From contig OX597820.1 in assembly GCA_951406725.2 (NCBI GenBank), forward strand, positions 66,712,001-66,776,000: 64,000 bases of DNA, in the 5' to 3' direction. Below the pieces are notes generated by a model that was not told the origin of the DNA, did no database searches, and saw nothing but the letters and a program-made list of their open reading frames with translations. The DNA comes from Octopus vulgaris. Its lineage: Eukaryota. Positions 1 to 12,653 of the stretch are shown one piece after another. Numbering within the stretch: position 1 is the first letter of the stretch; the number at the start of each line of letters is the position of its first letter. Both the position numbers and the translations under genes were made by a program.

Positions 1-1295
1 CATGTGGGGTGTGTGTATGCATATATGTGCATGTATAGATATGTATGTATATATATATAAATATATATGTCTATGTGTATGTGATACTATCTTGAAAAAG
101 GACATGTGGGATAACGTCTTCAGTTCATGCTCACAGAGGAAAAAATATAAGGTGGTAGCCATGGTTGGGATGCTTTCATTCATAGGTATTTGCTCATTCA
201 GAGTTGACCTGGGGCTAACTAACATTCACAACTATACATACATCTACATATATACATAAATTTGCCTACACATAGGCACAAACACAGCTTCATTTATATA
301 CATCCATATGCAAAGACACACAAACACTCAACTGAGTCCCATACATACATACATACATACATACACCTCTGCACCTGAGCTTTATACATACACAAACATC
401 TGAGCTATATACATACACACATACATAAAATATACTTATATACATACATAGATACATATGTTCATACATACACGCTCTACTATATAAGGTAAGGTTTAGT
501 ATGTCTCTTTCTTTCTATCCCTCTCTCTCTATGTATCTCTCTTTTTCTTTCCTTCTCTCCCCCTCTCTCTTATTAGTAGCAAGGGGAAACCCTGTCTATG
601 ATGAAGCAGTGGGGGTGGAGGAACTGAAGGAATGGTGGTGGAGGAGGAGGAGGTGGCGGCTGTCATGATGGTGGTGATGATGATGGTGGTGGTGATGATG
701 GTGGTGGCTTTAGGCTGCATGGCAGGTTATTAAAGCATTTGAGTTGTTACCCTGATCTAGGGAGTACTGTCACTGTGGAATGCTGGGTAATTACAGTGTC
801 CTGTCAATGTTGTTGTTTCAGTTTTAGCTCACCATAACCCCATACACCCCCCACTCCAATCCTAGTCTCCCTTCATCCCCATCTCCTCTCTTCCTCTCTT
901 CCTCCCTCCTTACTCTCTCTTTAACAACACTCCCTCTCCTGTAATAATAATAATACCCAGAACTTCTTCAGCAACCCCCACCTACACCACTGCTGCAAAT
1001 GTTACCTGAATCTTCTTTTATGTTCAGAAATTACAGCCCCCCTCCACCTCCAACTCCGACCCCCATCTCGTCCTCTTCCTCCTCCATGTACCTTCTCCCC
1101 TTTCTTTGTCTCCCTGTCTCTTTCTGTCTCCTCATTGACTTTCTCCTCCTCTTTTTCTCTGACTTTACCTCTGCCATCTCTCTCACTCTCTCCTTTTCTC
1201 TCTCTCTCTCCCTCCCACCCACAAACTAACACAGTTTAGTCATTTTGTATTTTGTATTCCACTACTACTACTATTACTACTATCAACTATTACTG

Positions 1296-1327
<32 letters not shown>

Positions 1328-1579
1328 GCTACTACCACTACTACTACCACCACTGCTGCTGCTGTGACTATTACATGCTTGGCCTTCACTGAAAAGCCAT
1401 TACACATCACCAACCTACAAAGGGGACACTTTGTGGTCACTCAGTCTGCTGGAAAGAGCAACCAAATTTCCATCACATTAGATTGAACAAACCTTCTTAA
1501 AACCGGTCACACACAGTAAGGTGATGTGCTATAAAACAGGATTAAAAAAGGATAACGACCCTCCTTGAGTCCTATAGCC

Positions 1580-1780
1580 TCACTCATAAGACCATGTTCC
1601 TAGGTTTTGTGATGTGTATATTAACCCTGGATGGGATGACAGTCTATTGTAGGACTACTCATTTTTTCCAGCTGAGTGAACTGGAGCAATGTGAAATAAA
1701 CGCATTGCCCAGTCCAAGAATTGAAACCAGAATATAATGATCATGAGTGAAACACACTTACTACTGAACTCTGCACTGCT
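1580..1780 (-). mobile_element. Degenerate tRNA-derived SINE (D/E-type head and body with F-type tail)
   Basis: Shares cagctgagtgaactggagcaa-tgtgaaataaa with families D/E and ccctggatgggatg..agtc with the family F copy at 50778-51071. Confidence 0.55.
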
Positions 1781-1799
1781 ATGTGATAAAATTGAGTAA

Positions 1800-2050
1800 A
1801 AGGTGAAAGGTAAAGGATAAAGACCCACCCCTTTCATTTGTAAATGACCATAGGACTGGGCCTAGAAAGTTACTCTCTGAGGCACAAGTCCAGGCTAGGT
1901 TGTTTATGGAAGACCAGCAGTCACCCTTGCATTCCAAGCCTACCTTCTCCATGACACTGATGTTATCCGAGGGAAAAAGGCAAATGCCAACACAGCTTGG
2001 CACCAGTGACATTGCCACTCATTTCTACAGCTGAGTGAAAGCAATGTGAA
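1800..2050 (-). mobile_element. SINE family D, 3' part
   Basis: Reverse complement matches 40870-41090 (tgtagaaatgagt..ctggtgccaagctg..acaacct.gcc..gacttgtgcct..gtaactttctagg..tttacc). Confidence 0.75.
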
Positions 2051-2385
2051 ACAAGAGCTCAAACTTCTGCCAAGGCAACAGTGTCGTCCTCTCAATGATT
2101 AGCCGGAGATGATTTTTAAAATGAGAATATCAGAAATAATCTTGACTACTCTCACAAACGAGAATACTGAAAATGAACCCAACCACTCTCAAAAACGAGG
2201 TTAAAAAAACAGGAAAAATGATCCAGAATCCTTGTCTGGTACAGGACCGATCCCAAAATCTAATCTGTTTGTGCAAGGCCAAACATCCCTGGAAGTTTCC
2301 TCTGAAACCATCCAACGGTTCTTGAGATATCTTGTCCATGGACAAACAAGCAAACATGACTGAAAGCAATAGCAATACCACCCTC
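2050..2385 (-). mobile_element. Helentron-associated non-autonomous element (HINE/DINE-1-like), degenerate copy
   Basis: Reverse-complement match over about 330 bp to 8206-8585 (ctgccaaggcaaca, gatttttaaaatgagaatat, atccagaatccttgtc, tggacaa). Confidence 0.75.
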
Positions 2386-2499
2386 CATCCATCCATCCAC
2401 ACAAACCAGGGTTGCTGTAATCAATATATGCCCTCCCTTGAAATTGCTGGCCTTGTGCCAAAATTTGAAAGCAATATTTTTATTGCCCTTAAATTTTCC

Positions 2500-2504
2500 T
2501 TCCC

Positions 2505-2535
<31 letters not shown>

Positions 2536-2985
2536 GTACCTTCTTTCTTTCTTCCCCCTCTCTTTCTCTCTCTGTACTTCTTTCTTTCTCCCCCTCTCTC
2601 TCTTTATCTCTGTCCTTTATTTCTCCCCTCTTTTACTTTCTCTCTCTCTGTACCTCCTTTCTTTCTCCCCTTCCCTCTCTCTATACCTCCTTCATTCTTT
2701 CTCCCCTCTCTCTCTCTCTCTCTGTACCTCCCTTCTTTCTCCCCTTCCCTCTCTCTATACCTCCTTCATTCTTTCTTTCTCCCCTCTCTCTCTCTATACC
2801 TCCTTCATTCTTTCTTTCTCCCCTCTCTCTCTCTGTACCTCCTTCATTCTTTCTCCCCTCACTTTCTCTCTCTCTGTACCTCCTTTCTTTCTCTCCCTCT
2901 CTCTCTCTGTACCTCCTTTCTTTCTCCCCCTCTCTCTCTGTGTACCTCCTTCATTCTTTCTTTCTCCCCCTCTCACTTTCTTCAG
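2500..2985. repeat. CT-rich polypyrimidine minisatellite (about 25-32 bp unit ctctctctgtacctccttcattctttctccc)
   Basis: More than ten recurring ctgtacctcc/ctatacctcc cores in a CT tract; explains the 302-aa and 192-aa S/L/F/P ORFs. Confidence 0.9.
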
Positions 2986-3538
2986 GTGTTTTTCTCTTCC
3001 TTTCCTTCTAACTTGACATTGTCACAAACCAAAAAATTTCTATTGGTTTTTATTCCTCTACTCTCTATTTTTTTTTCCTTCTTACCTTTTATCATTTTTT
3101 CCTCTTCTCCATCTTCAACCATCTATCTTTATCACTACCACCACAAAAACCATCACCACCACCACCAACACCTATCATTCTATCTACATAATTTTTTTTT
3201 TAATCTTGGGACATTTTCAAAACATTTTTTTTTTTACTAAAACTATTATTATTATTAATGGGAACTTCCTATTTTCCATCATTTTTTTTCTGTTTTGTTT
3301 TATTTTGGTTTTTGATAGGTGGGAGTGGGTCGAGGGTGGAGAAGTTGTCTTGAAGTGATTTATTTGCTTTTGTTAATTAAAATATGTTGCTTTTCAAACA
3401 GAAATGTTTTCCCCCAAATTTATGGTTACTAAAATTAAATGTCCCATTTGTTATTATTCCAGATTATTATTATCATCGTTATTATCAGTATTTTATTATT
3501 ATTATTATTACAATTATTATCATAAATGTTATTATTTA

Positions 3539-3600
<62 letters not shown>

Positions 3601-3601
<1 letters not shown>

Positions 3602-3810
3602 AAGGTGAGTTGATAGAATTGTTAACATGCCAGATAAAAATGCTTTGTAGCTTTTGTCCATTTTTTCAGCTTCTGAGTTCAGTTTTGTCCAAGGTCATCT
3701 TTGCCTTTTATCCTTTTAGGGGTCAATAAAATAAGTGCCAGTTGGGCACCAGGGTCAATGTAATCGTCTTAACCCAAACTTCCTGGCCTTGTGCCAAATT
3801 CGAAACCATT
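3601..3810 (+). mobile_element. SINE family B
   Basis: aaaggtgagttgatagaa..ttctgagttca..tttgccttttatccttttaggggtcaataaaataagtgccag..ggccttgtgccaaattcgaaacc, inserted after (ATT)n. Confidence 0.8.
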
Positions 3811-3820
3811 CTTATTATTA

Positions 3821-4210
3821 TACTCTTTTACTTGTTTCAGTCATTTTGACTGCGGCCATGCTGGAGCAGCGCATTTAGTCGAGCATATCGACCCCAGGAC
3901 TTATTCTTTATTCTTTATAAGCCTGGTACTTATTCTATCAGTCTCTTTTGCTGAATCACTAAGTTACGGGGAAGTAAATACACCAGCAATGGTTGTCAAG
4001 CAATGTTGGGGGGGGGGACAAACACAGACACACAATGATACACACACATATATATACACATATACATATATACGACGGGCTTCTTTCAGTTTCCATCTAC
4101 CAAATCCACTGACAAGGCTTTGGTTGGCCCGAGGCTATAGTAGAAGACACTTGCCCAAGGTACCATGTAGTTGGTAAGCAAGCTACTTGCCACACAGCCA
4201 CTCTTGCACC
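3821..4210 (-). mobile_element. SINE family A (tRNA head, CORE-like block, internal microsatellite), small internal deletion
   Basis: Reverse complement of the copy at 6651-7060. Confidence 0.9.
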
Positions 4211-4255
4211 TATTATTATTATTATTATTGTTATTATTATTATTATTATTATTAA

Positions 4256-4478
4256 AAAGGCTGCAAGCTGGCAGAATCATTAGCATGCCAGGCAAAATAT
4301 ATAGCAGCATTTCATTCATCTTACCATTCTGAGTTCAAATTCCACTAAAGTCGACTTGACCCCTTCATCCTTTTGGAGTCAATAAAATAATTACCATTTA
4401 CATACTGGATCAATGTAATCGACTATGCTCCTCCCCCAAATTTCAGGCCTTGTGCCTATACTAGAAAGGATTATTATT
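4256..4478 (+). mobile_element. SINE family B
   Basis: caagctggcagaatcattagcatgccaggcaaaat..gagttcaaattcc (B box-like)..ttcaggccttgtgcctatactagaaaggattatt. Confidence 0.85.
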
Positions 4479-4772
4479 AAAATGGTAGTGGTGGCAGCGA
4501 CAGCGGCTGGTAGAATAATTATGCCTCGCAGTATTTGATCTGGCTCTTCCCAAAACTTCTAGTGAACTCGGGGCTGTAGTAGAAGACACTTGTCCAAAGT
4601 GCTATGCAGTCAGACTGAACCCAGAAATATCTCAGTGTTTTGACCTTATTTAAAAGAAGAAATACAGAGGCTGACCCCACAATCAAACAAAAGCAAAATT
4701 ATTAACACCTCCTTCAAAAGAAGGACTTGTCTTCAAAACAGTGGATTTTTCTTCCTTCATGATAATTTATCT

Positions 4773-5318
4773 CAGGGGTTCTCAACCATTGTTTTTGTCT
4801 ATGGACCCCTTTCGTTACGATTCTCTTCTGGTAGACCCCCTGTAAACTAGTTTTATCGATACTTCTTTTAAAATTTCCGTTTTGTTTTTCCCACATTAAC
4901 TTGTGTATGTTTAACTATGTAAAATTTTAGAGAAAGAAATCTGGCCGTTTCTTGCAATACATACCAATACATACATCGAAATAAAGCAGGGATTATCCAC
5001 CATTTTTCATCTATGGACCACATTGATTATTCTTTTATTCTGGTGGATCCCCATAGCCATTCAAAACTAGTTTCATCAATATTTCTTTCACAATTCCTAG
5101 TTTGTTTTTCACACATTAACTTGTGTAAGTTGAACTATGTAAAATGTTAGAGAAAGAAACCTAGCCATTTCTTGCAATAAATACAGCTAAAGCAGAATTT
5201 TTTTCTTAAACCCCTTACATACTACTGTGGATTCTCAAATTACTATCTTGCTTGCATCAATCCCAAAAAATCTTATATGGATACTCAGGGTTCGTATGGA
5301 ACCAGGTTGAGAGCCATG
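4773..5318. mobile_element. hAT (Charlie-type) non-autonomous DNA transposon with an internal duplication of about 115 bp
   Basis: Termini caggggttctcaacc / ggttgagagccatg; subterminal atggacccc-like motifs; 4844-4960 repeated at 5064-5178; TSD not recognisable. Confidence 0.7.
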
Positions 5319-6650
5319 AACTAAACTTTAGCTCATTGTGCGTGCTTTTTTTCCCCCCACTTCTTCAAATTTTTTGTGGTTCAAAATTAATTTAGTTTCA
5401 GCAGACAAGTTTCGCTATGAAAATGTATGGGGATTGTGGCAGGGGGGGGGGAGGGAGGGAGCAGCGGCCAGGTTTTACTCATCCTTAGCTTCCTAAACCC
5501 TGCATTCCACCCTCATTAACCCAACTCCCGTCAGCTTCCTTGCTTTGTAGTTGGTTCATTCATTTTTTTTTAATCAGATCAGGATGCTCTCTACTGGAGC
5601 ACATTTCTTTTTTTTCAACCAAATTAAGTTTAGTGAGTGAGACAGCAACTTCTACCTAGTTGCCCTTCATCCACACCGCCCCCCTCAAATAGCAAAGATT
5701 TGTCGATGTAGTAGCATGTGTGTGTTTGTGTGTGTGTGTGTGTGTGTGTATGTGTGTACCACCCGTCTACTCACACACACACACACACACCACACATGTT
5801 CAAAACTATGGAGGACTCCACCCCACTCCCCAGGGCTGGATACTGATTGCTGAGCAGCGAAGCTACCTTCATAATTGGGAACTGTCTTAATTGATGGAAA
5901 GCATGACATGAAGACAAGTTACTCACCACTCTTCAACTCACCTAAGCGGAAATACTCCTCTCGTGTGTTGTTAACACCACATTATCCCAGAACAAAAGTG
6001 GAATTCAACTTGTCAATTAATTATACACACACACACACACATACACACACACACACATGCACACACACACACATGCGTGTGCATGCTGAGACACAAAATT
6101 ATAAGTCTATTTCGGGGTTGGTTTACCACATTCTTTTCACATCCATTCTTCAGTTCTTACATATTTTACTCCAAACTCTCAATGCTAATTATCTCATTAT
6201 CTACCTTGTGTTTCTGTGATTCTAACATTCTTTTGCTGGTTTCACTCTTTGATCTGTGGCCATGCTGTGGCACCATTATCTTCAAAGAAATTTTTGTTTA
6301 GTCAATTATATTGCTCCTCTCTTCACGAGATTTTGTGACATTCTCCATTGATTTCTGTTTACCAAATGGCTAAGTCAATTTTGGCATAATTAAGGATACG
6401 TACATGTGAGACTTGGAGATGAAATAATGCCTGTAAATAGCAACATGAGGTGTTTTTGTCCAAAGCATCAAAACCTGGTTGTGTGGAGTTTGATGGAGGT
6501 TTGTTTGACTGCTATTTCTAGCAAATTACTAGAACTTCATTTGCTTGTATTCCCCCTAATATTGTGTCTTTGTGTGTGTTTACATCATGTATGTGCTCCA
6601 GCATGACTGCAGCTGCATGGCTGAAATGAGTAAAAGAGTAGTAGAGTATA

Positions 6651-7060
6651 GGCACAGGAGTGGCTGTGTGGTAAGTAGGTTGCTTACCAACCACAAGGTT
6701 CCAGGTTCAGTCCCGCTGCATGGCACCTTGGGTATGTGTCTTCAACTATAGCCTCAGGCTGACCAAAGCCTTGTGAGTGGATTTGGTTGATGGAAACTGA
6801 AAGAAGCCCTTCATATGTGTATGTGTGTGTGTATATATATATATATATATGTATATGTGTGTGTGTGTGTGTTTGTCCCCCCAACATCACTTGACAACCG
6901 ATGCTGGTGTGTTTACATCCCTGTAACTTAGCGGTTCAGCAAAAGAGATTGATAGAATAAGTACTAGGCTTACAAAGAATAATTCCTGGGGTCAGTTTGC
7001 TCGACTAAAGGCGGTGCTCCAGCATGGCTGCAGTCAAATGACTGAAACAAGTAAAAGAAG
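6651..7060 (+). mobile_element. SINE family A, full length
   Basis: Head ggcacaggagtggctgtgtggtaag (A box) and ggttcagtccc (B box), CORE-like accttgggtatgtgtcttc, internal (TA/TG)n, tail ctccagcatggctgcagtcaaatgactgaaacaagtaaaag. Confidence 0.92.
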
Positions 7061-7289
7061 ATATATATAGATGGATAAATATGTATATATAATACATGCG
7101 TGTGTGTGTGTGTATATACACACACACGCATACACACACATATATATATACATTCATATAAAAGATGTATATTTATGATTCTTAGAGTTCTATGCTTTTG
7201 AAAGCCAAAGCCACAATTTGTTTCATCAATATAAATTAACAGAATTCTTTCTCTTTTCCTCTCTATCTCTCACACATACACAAGAACAT

Positions 7290-7331
<42 letters not shown>

Positions 7332-8205
7332 CCCAACCATTGTTTGCTGGTTACTTCATCTGTGATAAACATTTTAACTTCCTTGCAGATTCTCAGGTTT
7401 CTTTGTCATTAAGCTTCCCAAGCAGTTTGTAGATTACACAGAGAGGGTCACCAACCTCCTCTCTCCTCCCACCTCTCTCACTCTTTCTCTGTCTCTCTCT
7501 CTCGCTTTCTACCTTACCTGTCCAAGAAACAATACACCAACAAGTAGGGCACTTTTTATTATTCTAAACAACATGGTTTGAGGGCTGAGCCCCCACCACC
7601 ACCACCACTACCATCACCACTTCCTTTGTTTGTTGTCTAGCTCTTTATATAAATTTAATTACTGCCTCTGAATAATTATCAACTGTTACCTTTTACTGTC
7701 TGATCATGTGACATCATCATCATCATCATCATCATCATCATGATTACTCCTTATTCTCCTCTCAGTGGGGTGAGGTTGTGATTGGACTGACGGGGGGGGG
7801 GGGGAAGACGTTCAAGTAAGGAGTGAGGGCAGTTGTGTGTAGCATTCAATCATGTATGTGTGATAGGTCTTGCCTGGGGGAGCTTACTGTCATTCTAGGA
7901 AATGGCATACCTGATATCATTGCCAGGTAGATCTTGACACATAAAAGAGATTTAGATTGGTTTAGCAGAGAGTGAAAGAGAAGTAAGAGAGGATGTCGGT
8001 GGGGGTGGGGGGTGGGGATAATAAAGTTTTGTAAATGAATAAAGGGAGCAACCGAGGGGCATATAAAGACTGGAGTGGCTTTCCTCTGAAGAGTTCAAAG
8101 AAAATAATGCAAGCTTGTTGGAAATGATCAGCATGGTCAAAGACAGAATAACCATCAGATAGCTTCAGATTCTACAAGATATGACTAATTGATTATCTGT
8201 ATTAG

Positions 8206-8585
8206 TTTATTTCCTCCGCCTTAGTGAAGGCGGAGGTATTGTTTTCAGTTGTGTTTGTTTGTTTGTTTGCTTGTCCATAGACAAGATACCTCGAGAACCG
8301 CTGAATGGATTGGGATGAAACTTTCAGGGATGTTTGGCCTCGCGACTGGCATGAACTTATTAGATTTGGGGATCGATCGGTTACTGGACAAGGATTCTGG
8401 ATTATTTTTCCGTTTTTTTTAAATTTAATTTTTGAATGCAGTCAGGTTCATTTTTAGTATTCTCGTTTGTGAGAGCATTCGAGTTTATTCCAGATATTCT
8501 CATTTTAAAAATCATCTCTCGCTAATTGTTGAGAGGACGTTGGTGTTGCCTTGGCAGAGGTTTGTACACTCTGAGTGCTCTTGCT
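8206..8585 (+). mobile_element. Helentron-associated non-autonomous element (HINE/DINE-1-like)
   Basis: 5' ttatttcctccgcc..ggcggagg inverted repeat, (GTTT)n microsatellite, 3' subterminal ccttggcagagg and short 3' hairpin cactc-t-gagtg, T-rich ends; this is HINE architecture. Confidence 0.8.
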
Positions 8586-8708
8586 ATCATCATTATTATT
8601 ATTAATTATTATCATCATTATTATTATTATTGTTATTATTATTATTATTATTCCGCCGAGGGCCTTGTGCCTACAGTAGAAAGGATTATTATTATTATTA
8701 TTATTATT

Positions 8709-8770
<62 letters not shown>

Positions 8771-9186
8771 ATGTTTGGCTTTTGCTTTGTATTTGTACAA
8801 GTTGACTTCATGTCTCTCACCCAGAGACCTCAAGAGACAACATGTTAGAAGTATAAGTTGGTGTTATAACTAGGGTGCCGTATTTTTGGTTTTGCACAAA
8901 GCATTGTTCTTGAGAATGTCTGTGAAAACATAAGAAAATTAGAAGTTTGTTTTAAAATTAATTTGAAAATAAGGAGATGGTGTGATCTTAAGATGGCAGT
9001 AAAAAGTGTTTGCTATTATGTACATTTAAAAGTACTTTTCACAATATTTACAGATTAAAATGTTTTGGGGTTTACATACACAATATTTTTCAAAGGACAT
9101 ACACAGTTCCCATGAGCACTATTTTTTAATTTCTTCCATTTTTGGATTTCCTGATATCTGAGATAGATATCAATCATCTCCTTTTG

Positions 9187-9257
<71 letters not shown>

Positions 9258-9274
9258 GTTATTATTATTATTGA

Positions 9275-9511
9275 ACTCGAGACTTATTCTTTGTAAGCCT
9301 AGTACTTATTCTATCAGTCTGAGGGGACAAACACAGACACACACACACACACATATGTGACAGGCTTCTTTCAGTTTCCATCTACCAAATCCACTCACAA
9401 GGCTTTGGTCAGCCCAAGGCTATAGTAGCAGACACTTGCCCAAGGTGCCACGCAGTGGAATTGAACCCGGAACCATGTGGTTGGTAAACAAACTACTTAC
9501 CACACAGCCAT
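9275..9511 (-). mobile_element. SINE family A, internally deleted
   Basis: gacttattctttgtaagcctagtac..ggcttctttcagtttccatctacc..cttaccacacagcca. Confidence 0.85.
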
Positions 9512-9915
9512 ATATACATATATATAATCTTCAAGAGATATATTAAGAGTGAGAAAAACAGAGCAGTTATGTATAGGCTTAATGTGCGGATACAATTTTA
9601 TATAATTCCGTCATACAACTTTAGGCTTTGTTTAATTTCTCTAAGAAAACAAGTAGCACAGTTTAAAATTATCAACACCAAGAAAACATTGCATTCCCTA
9701 TAACCCCCCCCCCACTCCTCATTAAATTATTACAAGTATGACTATTGCCATTTCAGATGCAATCAGCAAAATTTATCAGTTGTTGCTGTTATTATCATTA
9801 TTAGTAGTAGTAGTAGTAGTTGTAGTAGTAGTAATAGTGGTGGTGGTGGTGGTGGTGGTGGTGGTGGTAGTAGTCATAGTGTTCTTATTTGTGTGTTTGC
9901 ACACGTGTTTACATA

Positions 9916-9981
9916 TGTGTCTGTGTATGTATGTATGTGTGAATGTGTTTGCATATGTGTGTGTTTTTATATATATGTATG

Positions 9982-10016
<35 letters not shown>

Positions 10017-10051
10017 GTATATGTATGTATATATATATATGTATGTATATG

Positions 10052-10083
<32 letters not shown>

Positions 10084-10132
10084 TATATACATGTATATAT
10101 ATGTATGTATATACATATGTATATATATATGA

Positions 10133-10200
<68 letters not shown>

Positions 10201-10265
10201 GTGTCTGTGTATGTATGTATGTGTGAATGTGTTTGCATATGTGTGTGTGTTTATATATATGTATG

Positions 10266-10300
<35 letters not shown>

Positions 10301-10335
10301 GTATATGTATGTATATATATATATGTATGTATATG

Positions 10336-10367
<32 letters not shown>

Positions 10368-10409
10368 TACATGTATATATATGTATGTATATACATATGT
10401 ATATATATA

Positions 10410-10470
<61 letters not shown>

Positions 10471-10490
10471 TTGTATATATATATATTTGT
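9916..10490. repeat. Tandem duplication (about 284 bp period) of a compound TA/TG microsatellite block
   Basis: tgtgtctgtgtatgtatgtatgtgtgaatgtgtttgcatatg occurs at about 9916 and 10200, followed by the same order of interruptions. Confidence 0.85.
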
Positions 10491-11419
10491 ATATAATCAG
10501 ACAATTCAGCATTGTTCTACTCATAATTGGAAAGTTTGTTATGATAAATTCAATTTTATTGTATATATTTACCACATATGAATATAACTCTTACGATGTA
10601 TGCATGCATGTATATAATTATGCGAATACATGTATGTATATATATATATGTGTGTGTGTGTGTGTATCTATGTATACATACATACATACACAGACAAACA
10701 CACTCATACTTGCATACATCTATCTATAAGAATATATTCTGGTGTGTGTGTGCATACATTATATAGTTTCTGCCTATTAAAACCCATTGTTACCAGATGT
10801 TGAAATATGTGACATTCTAAGCTAGCATCAATGTGGTTTAAATATTTCACTCCAAGATAAGCTGACGACTCCTTCAAAGGCACCAATAAATGGAAAAAAA
10901 TATAACCATACTTACACCTCTTATTTCCCCCTCTTTCATTGTTTTTCTTGTATTATCATTGTCTTCCTTCCACTCTTTCTCTTTTCTCTCTCTTTCTCCC
11001 CCCTCCAACTGTCTCTCCATTTCTTTTCTCTCTCTTTCTCCCTCTCCTACTCTCTCTCCATCTCTTTGTCTGTCTTTCTCTCCTCTCTCTCAGCATCTCT
11101 CTCTCTTATGTGCATATAATCAAATGATTATAGATTATATGCTTGTTGTTTCAGTCTCACGGGGCACCAAATTTGGTAAGGGGTCTTCTACTATAATTTC
11201 GGGTTGACACAAACCTGTATATGAAAATCATGATTGGACCATACCTGTAATTCAAAGACATAAGAGATATTTAAATAACATGTGGGCTAAATATTAAAGA
11301 ATTGTTATATTTTGGGATGGTCGCTTTTGTTTCTTTTTTTTCTCTTTGTGCCAAATAAACACACACACTATATATTCATTCTCCATCATTTATTTCTTTT
11401 CTGATTTTAACTGATGTTC

Positions 11420-11467
11420 ATTGTCTGGTAATCTTTCATCACACATCTGTGACCTCTTCAGTGACAC
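11420..11467 (-). ncRNA. Degenerate minimal type I hammerhead ribozyme motif (Penelope-like relic)
   Basis: Minus strand reads tgtca-CTGAAGA-g-gtcaca-gatg-tgtgat-GAAA-gattacc-agaca: both core boxes and a 6-bp stem II; stem III and cleavage triplet degenerate. Confidence 0.5.
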
Positions 11468-11548
11468 TTAACATCTTCATGTATGCTCTTGTTCTGCTTA
11501 GTCCATTCTGTTATATGATGTGTATCCTTATATCCTTAAGTTTAATTA

Positions 11549-11709
11549 CTGTATTTTAACGTATATAAGGAACCCTCTAATTTTTTAAGCTTAGAGTTTA
11601 TAAAAAATTTTTGTAAAGGATTATCATACTATCCATGTATAAGAAAATTCCATATTTTATTAACCTAATTCTTGATAAAGAAGGTTTCCTTATACACATT
11701 AAAATATGG
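11549..11709. mobile_element. Tc1/mariner-superfamily (Tc2/pogo-like) MITE
   Basis: About 30-bp TIRs ctgtattttaacgtatataaggaaccctct / agaaggtttccttatacacattaaaatatgg, flanked by TA on both sides. Confidence 0.75.
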
Positions 11710-12039
11710 TATATTGTAAAAATGCAAAAAAAAAAAATTACATTTCCTTGTAATTAAAGAGTGTGTGACCACATGAAATATGTCGTCACTGGTAAGTTCC
11801 AGTAACAGGCTGTGGCAATTAGCATGTTAAATAGCTAGAATAATCATTGTTAAAAACAGATGTAAAATGTTTTGTGTGTGTGTGTAGTTATTTTGGGAGG
11901 AGGAAGAATTTCCTGAACATGCCCATTTTGTCATGCCTGTTAAGGAAGAAGCCGACAAGACAACTCATATCAAAAAGATGGTGTGTGACTCTGAGTGAGG
12001 TATGACTGTACAACCCTTACCACTAAACTCAGGGTACTT

Positions 12040-12210
12040 GAAATGTTGGTCACATGACTTAACAGCAAAAAAAAAAAGAAAACCACAGGAGGTGGTTAGG
12101 GTTTGGGTTGGTGGTGGTGGTGGTGGTTGGTGGTTGGTGGTTGGTGGTGGTTTTATAGGACTGCTTTCTTCCGCCATGTTTGGTAGCCTGTGAATTGATC
12201 TACTTTTCAC
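12040..12210. promoter_or_regulatory. Candidate promoter or enhancer island
   Basis: GTCACATGAC (MiT/TFE/USF-type E-box) at 12049-12058 and CCGCCATGTT (YY1-type) at 12171-12180, in unique sequence next to GGT and CT tracts. Confidence 0.35.
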
Positions 12211-12216
12211 AAGATC

Positions 12217-12251
<35 letters not shown>

Positions 12252-12606
12252 TTCTTATAATCCATGATGATGTCTGTTAGCTAATGAGGACAAATGAGTC
12301 AGCTCTTTAGAAAAGAAAACAATCATTTATTTAACCTTTCTTGAAGTGAGATGTCATTGTTGTCGTGGTGGTGATGGCAGTGAGGTGGGTATTGAGGTAT
12401 GGCAATGATAATGGTGGTGGTGGTGGTGGTGGTGGTGGTGGTGGTAGAGCCATGGTGTTGTGCTGGATAGTGGGGTTGTGAGGAAGTGCAGGGTTTTGCT
12501 GTGCTGTGCAGTGTGAATAGCTCAAGTATAAAGGTGGAAGAGAAAAAAATGAAAAAAAGTTAAGAATTCGAGCTGGAGAGAGAGAGGGAACAAAAAGGTA
12601 ACTTCA

Positions 12607-12653
<47 letters not shown>

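Noticed and set aside
2332-3240. 302-aa ORF, the longest in the window
   Set aside because: Translation of a HINE end, a SINE tail and a CT minisatellite; S/L/F/P low complexity
7505-7545. Minus-strand AG|GTAAGG and other AG-GT juxtapositions (22688, 35398, 60622)
   Set aside because: Weak pyrimidine tract or weak donor; expected by chance
9738-10729. Many overlapping Y/I/M/C/V ORFs of 160-240 aa
   Set aside because: TA/TG microsatellite lacking stop codons
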